The notes under the pieces: model-generated
What the model was told of the DNA's origin: nothing
Seen by the model: the letters and a program-made list of their open reading frames with translations, nothing else
The model's database searches: none
In this document: piece by piece, positions 9,086 to 17,375 of the stretch
How positions within the stretch are numbered: position 1 is the stretch's first letter
Layout of the letters: every line of letters starts with the position of its first letter
From: an uncultured Gammaproteobacteria bacterium
GTDB lineage: Bacteria; Patescibacteriota; Patescibacteriia; PEXW01
Direction: 5' to 3'
Length of the DNA: 64,000 bases
NCBI GenBank assembly: GCA_964486505.1
Contig: CAZAMC010000002.1
Span: 129,656 to 193,655 of the forward strand
Made by a program: the position numbers and the translations under genes

Positions 9086-9706
9086 ATGCTTGTTACCCCG
9101 GCTATTCTCGAGACCGATGCAAACGCCCTGAAAGAAAAAGTGAGCCGCATTGAGGCGCACGTGGACCTCGTGCAGATTGACGTGGGCGATGGCCAATTCA
9201 TCCCGACCATCACCGTTCTCCCTCGAGCGCTCGGCGAGTTCCGCCCCCTCACCGCGTTTGAGGTGCACCTCATGGTACAACGCCCGGATCGGTTCATTGC
9301 CGACTGGGCCCACCTCGGCGCATCCAAGGCTATCTTCCACGTTGAAGCGGAAGGTGACCTGGAGCGCTTCATTGCCCAGTGCCGTGACCTCGATTGTGAT
9401 GTGGGCATCGCTCGAAATCCAGGTACCAGTGTGGAAAAGCTGCAGCCGTTCCTAGACTTGGTGGACGAGGTGATGTTCATGACTATTCAGCCCGGAGCGC
9501 AGGGGAACCCATTCCTGCCCGAGGTACTCGAGGATATTCAGGCTTTTCACAAAGCGTTCCCGAGTGTGTCCTTGGCCGTCGATGGCGGTGTGAACCCCCA
9601 AAATCTCAAAGCCCTGCAGGCCGCGGGTGTTCAGCGGGTGTGCGTTGGGAGCACCTTGTGGAAGAGCGCGGATCCACTCGCAACGCTCCAGAAACTGTCT
9701 GCCTAA
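9086..9706 (+). CDS. rpe: ribulose-phosphate 3-epimerase
   Basis: IDVGDGQF, EVHLMV, MTIQPGAQG, VDGGVN. Confidence 0.92.
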   Translation: MLVTPAILETDANALKEKVSRIEAHVDLVQIDVGDGQFIPTITVLPRALGEFRPLTAFEVHLMVQRPDRFIADWAHLGASKAIFHVEAEGDLERFIAQCRDLDCDVGIARNPGTSVEKLQPFLDLVDEVMFMTIQPGAQGNPFLPEVLEDIQAFHKAFPSVSLAVDGGVNPQNLKALQAAGVQRVCVGSTLWKSADPLATLQKLSA

Positions 9707-9709
9707 ACT

Positions 9710-10681
9710 ATGCAAACTTTCGATGTCATTACAGTAGGGAGTGCCACGCAGGACGTGTACCTCTTTGCGCCGGGTTTGCGCGCGCAGCGGGATAGCCGTT
9801 CAACCACCGGGTCATCTATCCGGATTCCGGCCGGTGCGAAGATTGAGATTGAGCGCCTCCTCGTTGAAGTCGGCGGTGGCGCAACCAATGCCGCGGCGAC
9901 CTTTCAGCGTTTGGGCCTGCGCACCGCCTGCGCCTGTAAGGTGGGCACCGACGCGGCCGGCGATCATGTCATTCGTACGTTGAAAGAGTTTGGCGTGAGC
10001 ACGCGCTTCGTTGTGCGCGACTATGACGACCCCACCGCCACCTCCGTGCTCTTCCTACACGATCGGGGGGAGCGAACTGCACTCGTGAGCCGGGGCGCCA
10101 GCGCGGATCTCGCTACCCGCATGGTGCCATGGAGTCAGCTGCGCACCAAGTGGTTCTACGTGTCTTCCCTCGGCGGAAACGCGGGTTTTCTGCGGCGCAT
10201 TTTTGCCCATGCCCAGCGCGTGGGCGCTAAGGTCGCTCTCAATCCTGGGAAAGCAGAGCTTCGCCAAAAGCAACTAGCGCCCGTGCTCCGGAAGGCCGAC
10301 GTGCTCCTGCTCAACCGTGAAGAAGCAGAATCTTTCTTCCGACGAAAAGGCCCGCGTCTGCTGCCCGCCGTGGCGGCTTGGCGGAAGGGCCTCGTGGTCA
10401 TCACCGACGCAGACCGTGGTTCCTACGCCGTGAGCTCAGCTGGCGCCATGCGCATGCGGATAAAACCAGTCCGCGCTATAGACACGACCGGCGCTGGTGA
10501 CGCCTTTGGATCCGGCTTTATTTCGGCTTTCGTCCGCCGACCGAACGACATTGGCGCCGCCCTCCGCCTCGGCTCTATTAATAGCGCATCGGTCGTACAA
10601 CAGGTTGGCGCCAAGCACGGCCTCATTAACCGCCGCCTGCCCCGGGGGCCTTGGATGCGGTTGCAGCGCGTTCGTCTCTAA
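9710..10681 (+). CDS. PfkB family carbohydrate kinase
   Basis: GGGATNAA, NREEA, DTTGAGDAFGSG. Confidence 0.92.
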   Translation: MQTFDVITVGSATQDVYLFAPGLRAQRDSRSTTGSSIRIPAGAKIEIERLLVEVGGGATNAAATFQRLGLRTACACKVGTDAAGDHVIRTLKEFGVSTRFVVRDYDDPTATSVLFLHDRGERTALVSRGASADLATRMVPWSQLRTKWFYVSSLGGNAGFLRRIFAHAQRVGAKVALNPGKAELRQKQLAPVLRKADVLLLNREEAESFFRRKGPRLLPAVAAWRKGLVVITDADRGSYAVSSAGAMRMRIKPVRAIDTTGAGDAFGSGFISAFVRRPNDIGAALRLGSINSASVVQQVGAKHGLINRRLPRGPWMRLQRVRL

Positions 10682-10685
10682 GGGA

Positions 10686-10714
10686 TTGCATAGTTCTACA
10701 GGGTGTAGTAGTAT
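10686..10714 (+). promoter_or_regulatory. promoter with second BlaI/CopY-type operator
   Basis: TTGCAT (10686) -17 nt- TAGTAT (10709); TTCTAC-AGGGT-GTAGTA at 10694-10710. Confidence 0.65.
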
Positions 10715-10748
10715 GACTCTACACTTCTCTTTTTAGCCCACGTTTCCT

Positions 10749-11519
10749 ATGGACAATCAGACTTGGCAAAGCGCTCCAAGCGGTGATCCAAACTCCAGCA
10801 TCTTCAACGCACCGCCCAAGATGACCTTCGCCTTAGGGGTAATGGTTGGCATTAGCGCGATTAGTCTTTTTGGTTTCATTTGGTCATTCAGCGCTTACCG
10901 CAACGCCGTTGATGGGGGGACCACCAAAAAAACGGCCACCACGAATACCAATACCACAGCCACGAACACGGCTGTGGACACTGCACCTACCGGACCAATC
11001 GACGTGGCCGTTGCCAACGATGACTGGTCTGACGGTAAGTCCGATGCCAAAGTGACGTTGGTGGAGTTCAGCGATTTTGAGTGTCCCTACTGCAGCCGCT
11101 TCCAGCCCGTCATTGAACAAGTCATGACGGACTACAAAGATCAGGTACGGCTCGTCTACAAGCACTACCCACTCACGAGCATTCACCCGAATGCCCAGAA
11201 GGCCGCGGAAGCCGCCGAGTGTGCCGGCGACCAGGACAAGTTTTGGGAAATGCATGACAAGTTGTTTGCTAATCAGTCCAGCCTGTCGGTTACGAGCTAC
11301 AAAGCCTGGGCCAAGGAGCTGGGCTTGAATGAGAAGAAGTTTGCGACCTGCATAGATAACAGCGAAAAGGCGAATGACGTGAAGTCTGATCAAACGTACG
11401 GTGACAGCATTGGGGTGCAGGGCACGCCGTCGACGTTCGTGAACGGTTACCTCGTCTCAGGTGCCCAGAGCTACGACTACGTGAAGAACCTCATCGACCA
11501 GGAGCTCGCCAAGACCTAA
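10749..11519 (+). CDS. DsbA family oxidoreductase
   Basis: TM, T/N-rich linker, FSDFECPYC, GTPSTF. Confidence 0.92.
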   Translation: MDNQTWQSAPSGDPNSSIFNAPPKMTFALGVMVGISAISLFGFIWSFSAYRNAVDGGTTKKTATTNTNTTATNTAVDTAPTGPIDVAVANDDWSDGKSDAKVTLVEFSDFECPYCSRFQPVIEQVMTDYKDQVRLVYKHYPLTSIHPNAQKAAEAAECAGDQDKFWEMHDKLFANQSSLSVTSYKAWAKELGLNEKKFATCIDNSEKANDVKSDQTYGDSIGVQGTPSTFVNGYLVSGAQSYDYVKNLIDQELAKT

Positions 11520-11529
11520 CGTACTTTCC

Positions 11530-12321
11530 ATGTTTGGGTGGCTCACGCACACCCCGCCGGATCCCATCCTCCTTCACGTTGGGGGGTTTTCGGTGCGGTG
11601 GTACGGGGTGATTCTGGCTCTGGCGCTTGTGGCTGGCATTCTCTTAGCCCAGCGTTTAAGCCGGCGCGGACCAGTACGTCCGGAAGACATTGCCGATCTG
11701 GCAATTGTTGTTACCCTGGCGGCAGTTGTGGGGGCCCGCGTAGTGCACGTCTTGGATGAGTGGGGGTACTACGCGCGCCACCTCGGGGAAATCCCGCAAT
11801 TCTGGCGGGGTGGCCTGGCATTCCATGGCGTGCTCCTGGGTGGCATCCTGGCTCTCTGGTTGTTCAGTCGTCGCCGCAAGCTCGCTCCCATCCTCCTCCT
11901 CGACCTCAGCTTCCCGGCCCTCGCGCTGGGGCAGGTGATTGGCCGCTGGGGGAACTGGATAAACCAAGAGCTGTACGGGGAGCCGTCGACGCTCCCGTGG
12001 GCAATCCCGATTGCCCCAGAGAACCGAGTTGCTGAGTACGCGTCGGCGACCAACTTCCACCCGCTCTTCCTCTATGAGTCGCTCGGGAATGCACTCATAC
12101 TGGTACTCCTCCTGCTCCTCTGGCGGTGGCGCGGGCGGCGCCCCGGCGACATCAGCGCGGCCTACCTCATCTTCTCGCCCCTATTACGGTTTAGTCTCGA
12201 TTTCCTTCGGCTCAATCAACCCATGGTTGGGCCAATCACGAACGCGCAACTCTTTAGCTTGCCGCTTGTGGCCGCGGGCCTCATACTCCTAGTAACCCGC
12301 GGGCGACGCTCTCCTCACTAA
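11530..12321 (+). CDS. lgt: prolipoprotein diacylglyceryl transferase
   Basis: VRWYG, GGLAFHG, GRWGNWINQELYG, HPLFLYES. Confidence 0.95.
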   Translation: MFGWLTHTPPDPILLHVGGFSVRWYGVILALALVAGILLAQRLSRRGPVRPEDIADLAIVVTLAAVVGARVVHVLDEWGYYARHLGEIPQFWRGGLAFHGVLLGGILALWLFSRRRKLAPILLLDLSFPALALGQVIGRWGNWINQELYGEPSTLPWAIPIAPENRVAEYASATNFHPLFLYESLGNALILVLLLLLWRWRGRRPGDISAAYLIFSPLLRFSLDFLRLNQPMVGPITNAQLFSLPLVAAGLILLVTRGRRSPH

Positions 12322-12331
12322 CGTCACTTCT

Positions 12332-12958
12332 ATGGCGCAGACACGATTTCGTTGGGGCCTCTGGGGCAGCATCCTCGGCATCATTGTCATTGCCGCCGTT
12401 GCTTTTGCATTTACCCGGGGCTCAGGCGTGACCTACGACAACCCGAATAGCCCGCGACCCTTTGCTGGCACGGCTGCTGCTAAGGTCGTTGTTCAGGAGT
12501 ACAGCGATTTCCAGTGCCCAGCCTGCGGTTCTGCATACCCGTACGTGAAGAGCTTGGTGCAGAAGTACGCGAATGACATTCGCTTTGAGTTCAAGCACTA
12601 CCCGCTGACCAAGATACACGCGAACGCCTACAATGCCGCGCTCGCCAGTGAGTGCGCAAACGACCAAAGCAAATTTTGGGAATACCACGACAAGCTCTTC
12701 GAGAATCAGTCGCAGCTGAGTATCGGGAGCCTCAAGCAGTACGCAGCCGATCTTAGCCTCGATGCCACAAAGTTCAATGCGTGCATGGACTCCCGAGCGG
12801 AGAAACCGCTTGTGGATGCCGACATGAAAGCCGGCGACGGTTTGAAGGTGCCCGGCACGCCCACGTTCTTCGTCAATGACACCATGGTTGCCACGGGTGA
12901 TTTGGAGACAGCCATAAAAGCCGCGATTGGTGGGGCGGTCCAGGGCCCCGTGCGCTAG
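12332..12958 (+). CDS. DsbA family oxidoreductase
   Basis: TM, YSDFQCPAC, GTPTFF. Confidence 0.9.
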   Translation: MAQTRFRWGLWGSILGIIVIAAVAFAFTRGSGVTYDNPNSPRPFAGTAAAKVVVQEYSDFQCPACGSAYPYVKSLVQKYANDIRFEFKHYPLTKIHANAYNAALASECANDQSKFWEYHDKLFENQSQLSIGSLKQYAADLSLDATKFNACMDSRAEKPLVDADMKAGDGLKVPGTPTFFVNDTMVATGDLETAIKAAIGGAVQGPVR

Positions 12959-13470
12959 CGCGTTGAGACGAAGAGCAGAACCCCAGCGAGTACGGCCTGC
13001 AGGGCTAAGCCGACTTTGAAGGTGAGGCGTTTTTCTACGTACGCGTGGAACCAGTGGTGCAGCCGCTCGTGGTGGTTGAAGAGTGATTCGAGGCGCGTAA
13101 CGTCCTGGATAATTTTTCGGGCCTGTGGGAAGTGCCGCATGAGGAAATTGCGGTACGCATCGTAGAATGCCCACATGAGGTCGGGGAGGACGGCGCCAAT
13201 GATGGCCGCGAGAGCAACGTTTGGCAGTGGCCAGTCGCCGGTTACGTGCACGGTGTACACGAAGAGTGCGAGGAAGCTAATGTCGGTGAAGAAGGTGAGC
13301 GCGAAGCGCCGGAGGAATTTTTCTTTCACCCAGGCCCCAAGACGCTCGTCGCCGTGGGGGATCATATCCAGGATGTAGTGGGAGAGCAATCCAAGCCCAA
13401 AAGCCACTGGCACGCTATGGACGTGCTGGCTGATGATAATGCCCGCCAGGGCGTGGGTCGAGAGGAACAT
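12955..13470 (-). CDS. membrane-bound metal-dependent hydrolase-like protein
   Basis: MFLSTHALAG...SHYILDMIPH...LPD...HHWFH pattern with TM helices. Confidence 0.7.
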   Translation of the reverse strand: MFLSTHALAGIIISQHVHSVPVAFGLGLLSHYILDMIPHGDERLGAWVKEKFLRRFALTFFTDISFLALFVYTVHVTGDWPLPNVALAAIIGAVLPDLMWAFYDAYRNFLMRHFPQARKIIQDVTRLESLFNHHERLHHWFHAYVEKRLTFKVGLALQAVLAGVLLFVSTR

Positions 13471-13589
13471 GCTGGTGTATAGCGTACTAGACACTTCAGG
13501 GGTAGTCAAAATAGGTTGACAGTGCCGCGAACATTGCGTATGCTAGGCACGCTCCAAAGGGAAAGGGCAATTTGTAATCTGGAGCACTA

Positions 13590-13664
13590 TGCGGGATGGA
13601 GCAGTAGCAGCTCGCCGGGCTCATAATCCGGAGGTCGGGGGTGCAAATCCCCCTCCCGCACCCA
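13590..13664 (+). tRNA. tRNA-Met(CAT), initiator-like
   Basis: GCGGGATGGAGCAG...CCGGG-CTCATAA-TCCGG...CCCGCA-C-CCA; promoter TTGACA 13516 / TATGCT 13539. Confidence 0.88.
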
Positions 13665-13774
13665 ACGCGAGTTTTCGGCAACACCGCGAACTTACGATTC
13701 CAAAAGAAGCCGTAGAGCCAGTGCCAGCAAGCGAGATGGTATTCTGGCTGTACGGCTTCTGTCGTTAACAACGT

Positions 13775-13851
13775 GCCAGGGTAGCTCAGTTGGTTAGAGC
13801 GTGGGACTCATAAGCCCAAGGTCGTGGGTTCAAATCCCACCCCTGGTACCA
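13775..13851 (+). tRNA. tRNA with CAT anticodon (elongator Met, or Ile2)
   Basis: GCCAGGG/CCCTGGT acceptor stem, TTCAAAT T-loop, encoded CCA. Confidence 0.92.
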
Positions 13852-13852
13852 G

Positions 13853-13939
13853 GCCGGGATGGCGGAACTGGTAGACGCACAGGACTCAAAATCCTGCGAT
13901 CGCAAGGTCATGAGAGTTCGATTCTCTCTCCCGGCACCA
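13853..13939 (+). tRNA. tRNA-Leu(CAA)
   Basis: GCCGGGA acceptor stem, CTCAAAA anticodon loop, long variable arm, CCA. Confidence 0.94.
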
Positions 13940-14068
13940 GCTCGTTTCTCATGTCGAGCTTCGCGCGACGCGGCTTTATCGCATCTCACTTCATCCTTCG
14001 GGCGAAGCCCCGCTTGACGCCACGCTGCCCGTGGGGTAGGAATGGAGTACAAACAAAGGAGTGCACCC

Positions 14069-14320
14069 ATGGGCCCGAAAACCGCAGACGAGCTCATTGC
14101 CATGGCCGAGGATTCATCGGTAGTCGATGACGAATTCATCGCAGCTTTCCTGCACTACGCTCCCAGCGCCGACCACGGCTACGAGCGGTTGCTCTACACC
14201 ATGGCCCTCCACCGACCCCGGGCGATCATGGACATGGGCCTCGACCCCGCGTACGTGCAGCGTACCGCCGATCTCCTCCACGCCCTGCGCGATTTGCAGA
14301 CCTTCCGAAGCGCCTCGTGA
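14069..14320 (+). CDS. hypothetical protein
   Basis: AAGGAG SD, 83-aa ORF, upstream TTGACG. Confidence 0.6.
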   Translation: MGPKTADELIAMAEDSSVVDDEFIAAFLHYAPSADHGYERLLYTMALHRPRAIMDMGLDPAYVQRTADLLHALRDLQTFRSAS

Positions 14321-14362
14321 CCAAAAACCACGAGGCGTTTTCTTGCTATACTGCTTGTACCT

Positions 14363-15136
14363 ATGGCGCGTGTTATTGCAGTCGTCAATCAGAAGGGGGG
14401 CGTGGGGAAGACCACGACCGCCATTAACCTCGCGGCCGAGCTGGCGGCGCTAGGGAAGTTTGTCCTCCTCGTAGATGTCGATCCGCAAGGCAACGCATCC
14501 TCCGGTATTGGATTGGACCACCGAAACCTCCCGCACGGGGTGTACCACGCGATTATTGGTGAGAAGTCCTTCCGTGACATCATCCAGTCTACAGCCGTGG
14601 ACGGCTTAAAGGCCGCGCCCGCCACTCTGGATCTCGCCGGCGCGAACGTTGAGCTCGTACCGGTGGACCGACGCGAGCACAGGCTGCGGGACGCGTTGGC
14701 CGAAGTGCGCCATGATTTCGACTACATTCTCATCGACTGCCCACCGAGCCTCGGTTTGCTCACGGTGAACGGCCTGGTGGCGGCGGAGGAAATCCTCATC
14801 CCCGTCCAGACCGAGTACTACGCCTTGGAAGGTCTGGGCCAGCTCGTGGAGACGATCGAGCTCATTCGCCAGCATCTGCAACCGGGCCTCACCGTGCTGG
14901 GCGCAGTGATGACCATGTACGATGAGCGCAACAAGCTTTCCCAGGCGGTGTTCAACGAGCTGTACCAGTACTTCCCCAACAAAATTTTTCGTACCGTTAT
15001 CCCGCGCAATGTGAAACTCGCCGAGGCCCCAAGCCACGGCAAAGCTATCCGGCACTTCGACAAGGGCAGCAAAGGGGCGAAGGCCTACGAGAAGCTGGCC
15101 CGGGAAATTTTAGAAACCGAAGCTCCACCGCGGTAA
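14363..15136 (+). CDS. parA: ParA/Soj chromosome partitioning ATPase
   Basis: NQKGGVGKTTT, DPQGNAS, DCPPSLG, LAEAPSHG. Confidence 0.96.
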   Translation: MARVIAVVNQKGGVGKTTTAINLAAELAALGKFVLLVDVDPQGNASSGIGLDHRNLPHGVYHAIIGEKSFRDIIQSTAVDGLKAAPATLDLAGANVELVPVDRREHRLRDALAEVRHDFDYILIDCPPSLGLLTVNGLVAAEEILIPVQTEYYALEGLGQLVETIELIRQHLQPGLTVLGAVMTMYDERNKLSQAVFNELYQYFPNKIFRTVIPRNVKLAEAPSHGKAIRHFDKGSKGAKAYEKLAREILETEAPPR

Positions 15137-15145
15137 ACTACCCCT

Positions 15146-16006
15146 ATGGCAAATTCCACACTCGGACGCGGGCTTTCCTCACTCATCCCGGGCGCTTCCA
15201 ACGCCAGCTACTGGAGTGGTGACGCCGCAAAGAAATCCGGCGAGCGCATTGAACGCATTCCCACGAATCGCATTGTCGTTAACCCTCACCAGCCGCGCGA
15301 GCGATTTGAGCGACAAGGCATGGAAGAGCTCGTCGCTTCGGTTAAAGAGCATGGGATTCTCCAGCCCCTCATCCTCACCGAAACACCGCGCGGGTACGAA
15401 CTCATTGCCGGTGAGCGACGCTTACGTGCGGCCAAGTTAGCGAATCTGCGCGAGGTGCCCGCAATTATTCGCAGTGCCACGAATCAGCAGAAACTTGAGC
15501 TCGCCCTTGTTGAGAATGTCCAGCGCCAAGACCTGAATGCTCTGGAGCGGGCAAAGGCCTACCAGCGACTGGTGGATGAATTTTCCCTCACGCAGGATGA
15601 GGTGGCGAAGAAAGTTGGCCAGAGCCGTTCGGCCGTGGCGAACATCCTGCGCCTTCTGCACCTCCCCAGCGAAATGCAAGCAGCGATCGCTGAGGGCCAG
15701 TTGAGCGAGGGGCACGCCAAAGTCCTACTTGGCATTGCCGACCTCAAAGCGCGTCAGCAGCTCTTCAAGAAAATTTTGGAAGAAGGTCTTAGCGTGCGAT
15801 CGGTGGAGAGTGAGAAGAAGACCTCGGTGCGGGGGCACACGCGTAAGCAAGCCGACGTAGAAACCCGGGCGCGGGAAGCTCGGCTACGAGAAGCGCTGGG
15901 CACCAAGGTGACCATCAAGCCCGCCGGTAAAGGTGGAAATATCACCATCCACTACAGCGACGCTGAGGAGCTGGAGGGGATAGTGCGGACGGTGGAAGGA
16001 AAGTAG
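15146..16006 (+). CDS. parB: ParB/Spo0J partitioning protein
   Basis: LGRGLSSLI, NPHQPR, IAGERRLRA, ENVQRQDL. Confidence 0.96.
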   Translation: MANSTLGRGLSSLIPGASNASYWSGDAAKKSGERIERIPTNRIVVNPHQPRERFERQGMEELVASVKEHGILQPLILTETPRGYELIAGERRLRAAKLANLREVPAIIRSATNQQKLELALVENVQRQDLNALERAKAYQRLVDEFSLTQDEVAKKVGQSRSAVANILRLLHLPSEMQAAIAEGQLSEGHAKVLLGIADLKARQQLFKKILEEGLSVRSVESEKKTSVRGHTRKQADVETRAREARLREALGTKVTIKPAGKGGNITIHYSDAEELEGIVRTVEGK

Positions 16007-16151
16007 GCCAAAGGATTTTTTCACCCCGTACTCTTGACAAACGGTGCTTTTTTGCTAGGGTACGTGGCTGGTGTTTGTGGGATATTCCATACACAAGCTA
16101 GCCCAAGACTGAAAACAGCGTACATAATAACCATGCGAATAGGAGACAGAC

Positions 16152-16673
16152 GTGATGGCTACTCAAGTCCGCGGTACGTACCCAGCAGTGATTGAGCCAC
16201 AACCAAAGACCCTGGTGGTACACTGCGCCGATGCCCGATTACGTCGGGCTTTTCGCCTCTTCATTGAAGGGGAGGTGGCTTCTGGAGGCTTGGGGTTGCG
16301 GGAGTCTGACTACGTGAACCTCATTATTCCCGGTGGAGCGGCAACCCTCATGGATACGCACGCCTCACCTGAGGCATACGCATTCTCCATGCAGCAGATT
16401 GAGTTTCTGCTTGAGCACTTCCCCAGCATTACTACAGTCATCGTGGTTAACCACGAAGATTGTGCGGCGTACAAGCACATCTGCCAGGTGGTTGGTCCAG
16501 CTTTCCTCGACGGGTTCAGTACGCTCATCGAGCGTCAAAGGTCGGATCTCATTTCAGTAGCCTTGCAGGTATTACAGCTTGGGCATGCCAAGGCATTCCA
16601 ACTCTTCCTTGCTCGGTTCACCAGTGCAGAGCGCACGCACGTGGAGTTCACCGAAGTTTCATTGCAACCGTAG
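16152..16673 (+). CDS. beta-carbonic anhydrase-like protein
   Basis: HCADAR (CxDxR), IPGG, NHEDC (HxxC); AGGAG SD; followed by a terminator. Confidence 0.7.
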   Translation: MMATQVRGTYPAVIEPQPKTLVVHCADARLRRAFRLFIEGEVASGGLGLRESDYVNLIIPGGAATLMDTHASPEAYAFSMQQIEFLLEHFPSITTVIVVNHEDCAAYKHICQVVGPAFLDGFSTLIERQRSDLISVALQVLQLGHAKAFQLFLARFTSAERTHVEFTEVSLQP

Positions 16674-16820
16674 CGGAGGCTACGTTTTGTGAAGAGTCGC
16701 CTGGGCTGCACCCGCCCCCGCGACTCTTTTATTTTTCATTACGGGGTTGTCAGAACCGTTGAAGGACGGTAGGCTATTCTCTACGAAAACAAACCCCCGT
16801 CTCAGTGAAAGGAAAGTTTC

Positions 16821-17333
16821 ATGTACGTTGGCAATATTGCGGTACTTGCTTTTCTCACTAGCTTGTCTGGTGACACCGCGAAAGTCGATTCGTCGTCACA
16901 GGGCGCTCCGATCAATCCAGCAGATACACTCGCTGCTACGTTTATTGACGAGCTGCATCCCGAAGTATTGGAGAGCAGCATTACCTCGATTCCCGTGGAG
17001 GTCATTAGAAGGATTTTTGAAAGTGCAGAATACCTCCTGACGCCCACTGCGCGTTCAGCAAAGGAGGGCAGCGGGGTTGTCGAGCGAGCCTTTGATGACC
17101 TTGGCATGCTCCCTGGGGAGATTCGCCGACTATTCCAAGGCGGCGGGTACTTCCTGGATACGAAAACCAAACAGCTTGTGCTGTGTGGAGCAGGGAATGA
17201 TCTCCCTGAGCTGATTGCAGCGGTTTGTACGAACTTTGAAATTCCCGGGTACATTGTCATTACCTACGTACTTACCACCACGGACGGCAGCGCTACTGGG
17301 ATAAGCAGAATTACCACAGTTGATGACGATTGA
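16821..17333 (+). CDS. hypothetical protein
   Basis: 170-aa ORF after AAGGA, followed by hairpin terminator 17348-17377. Confidence 0.55.
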   Translation: MYVGNIAVLAFLTSLSGDTAKVDSSSQGAPINPADTLAATFIDELHPEVLESSITSIPVEVIRRIFESAEYLLTPTARSAKEGSGVVERAFDDLGMLPGEIRRLFQGGGYFLDTKTKQLVLCGAGNDLPELIAAVCTNFEIPGYIVITYVLTTTDGSATGISRITTVDDD

Positions 17334-17375
17334 TTGCACGTTCTCTGAAAAGACCTCCGAATCTTGGAGGTCTTT

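Noticed and set aside
13940-14360. Integrative element or att site after tRNA-Leu
   Set aside because: No integrase and no duplicated tRNA 3' end noticed in the window
14363-16150. parS site or replication origin near parAB
   Set aside because: No TGTTTCACGTGAAACA-like palindrome or DnaA-box cluster noticed by eye
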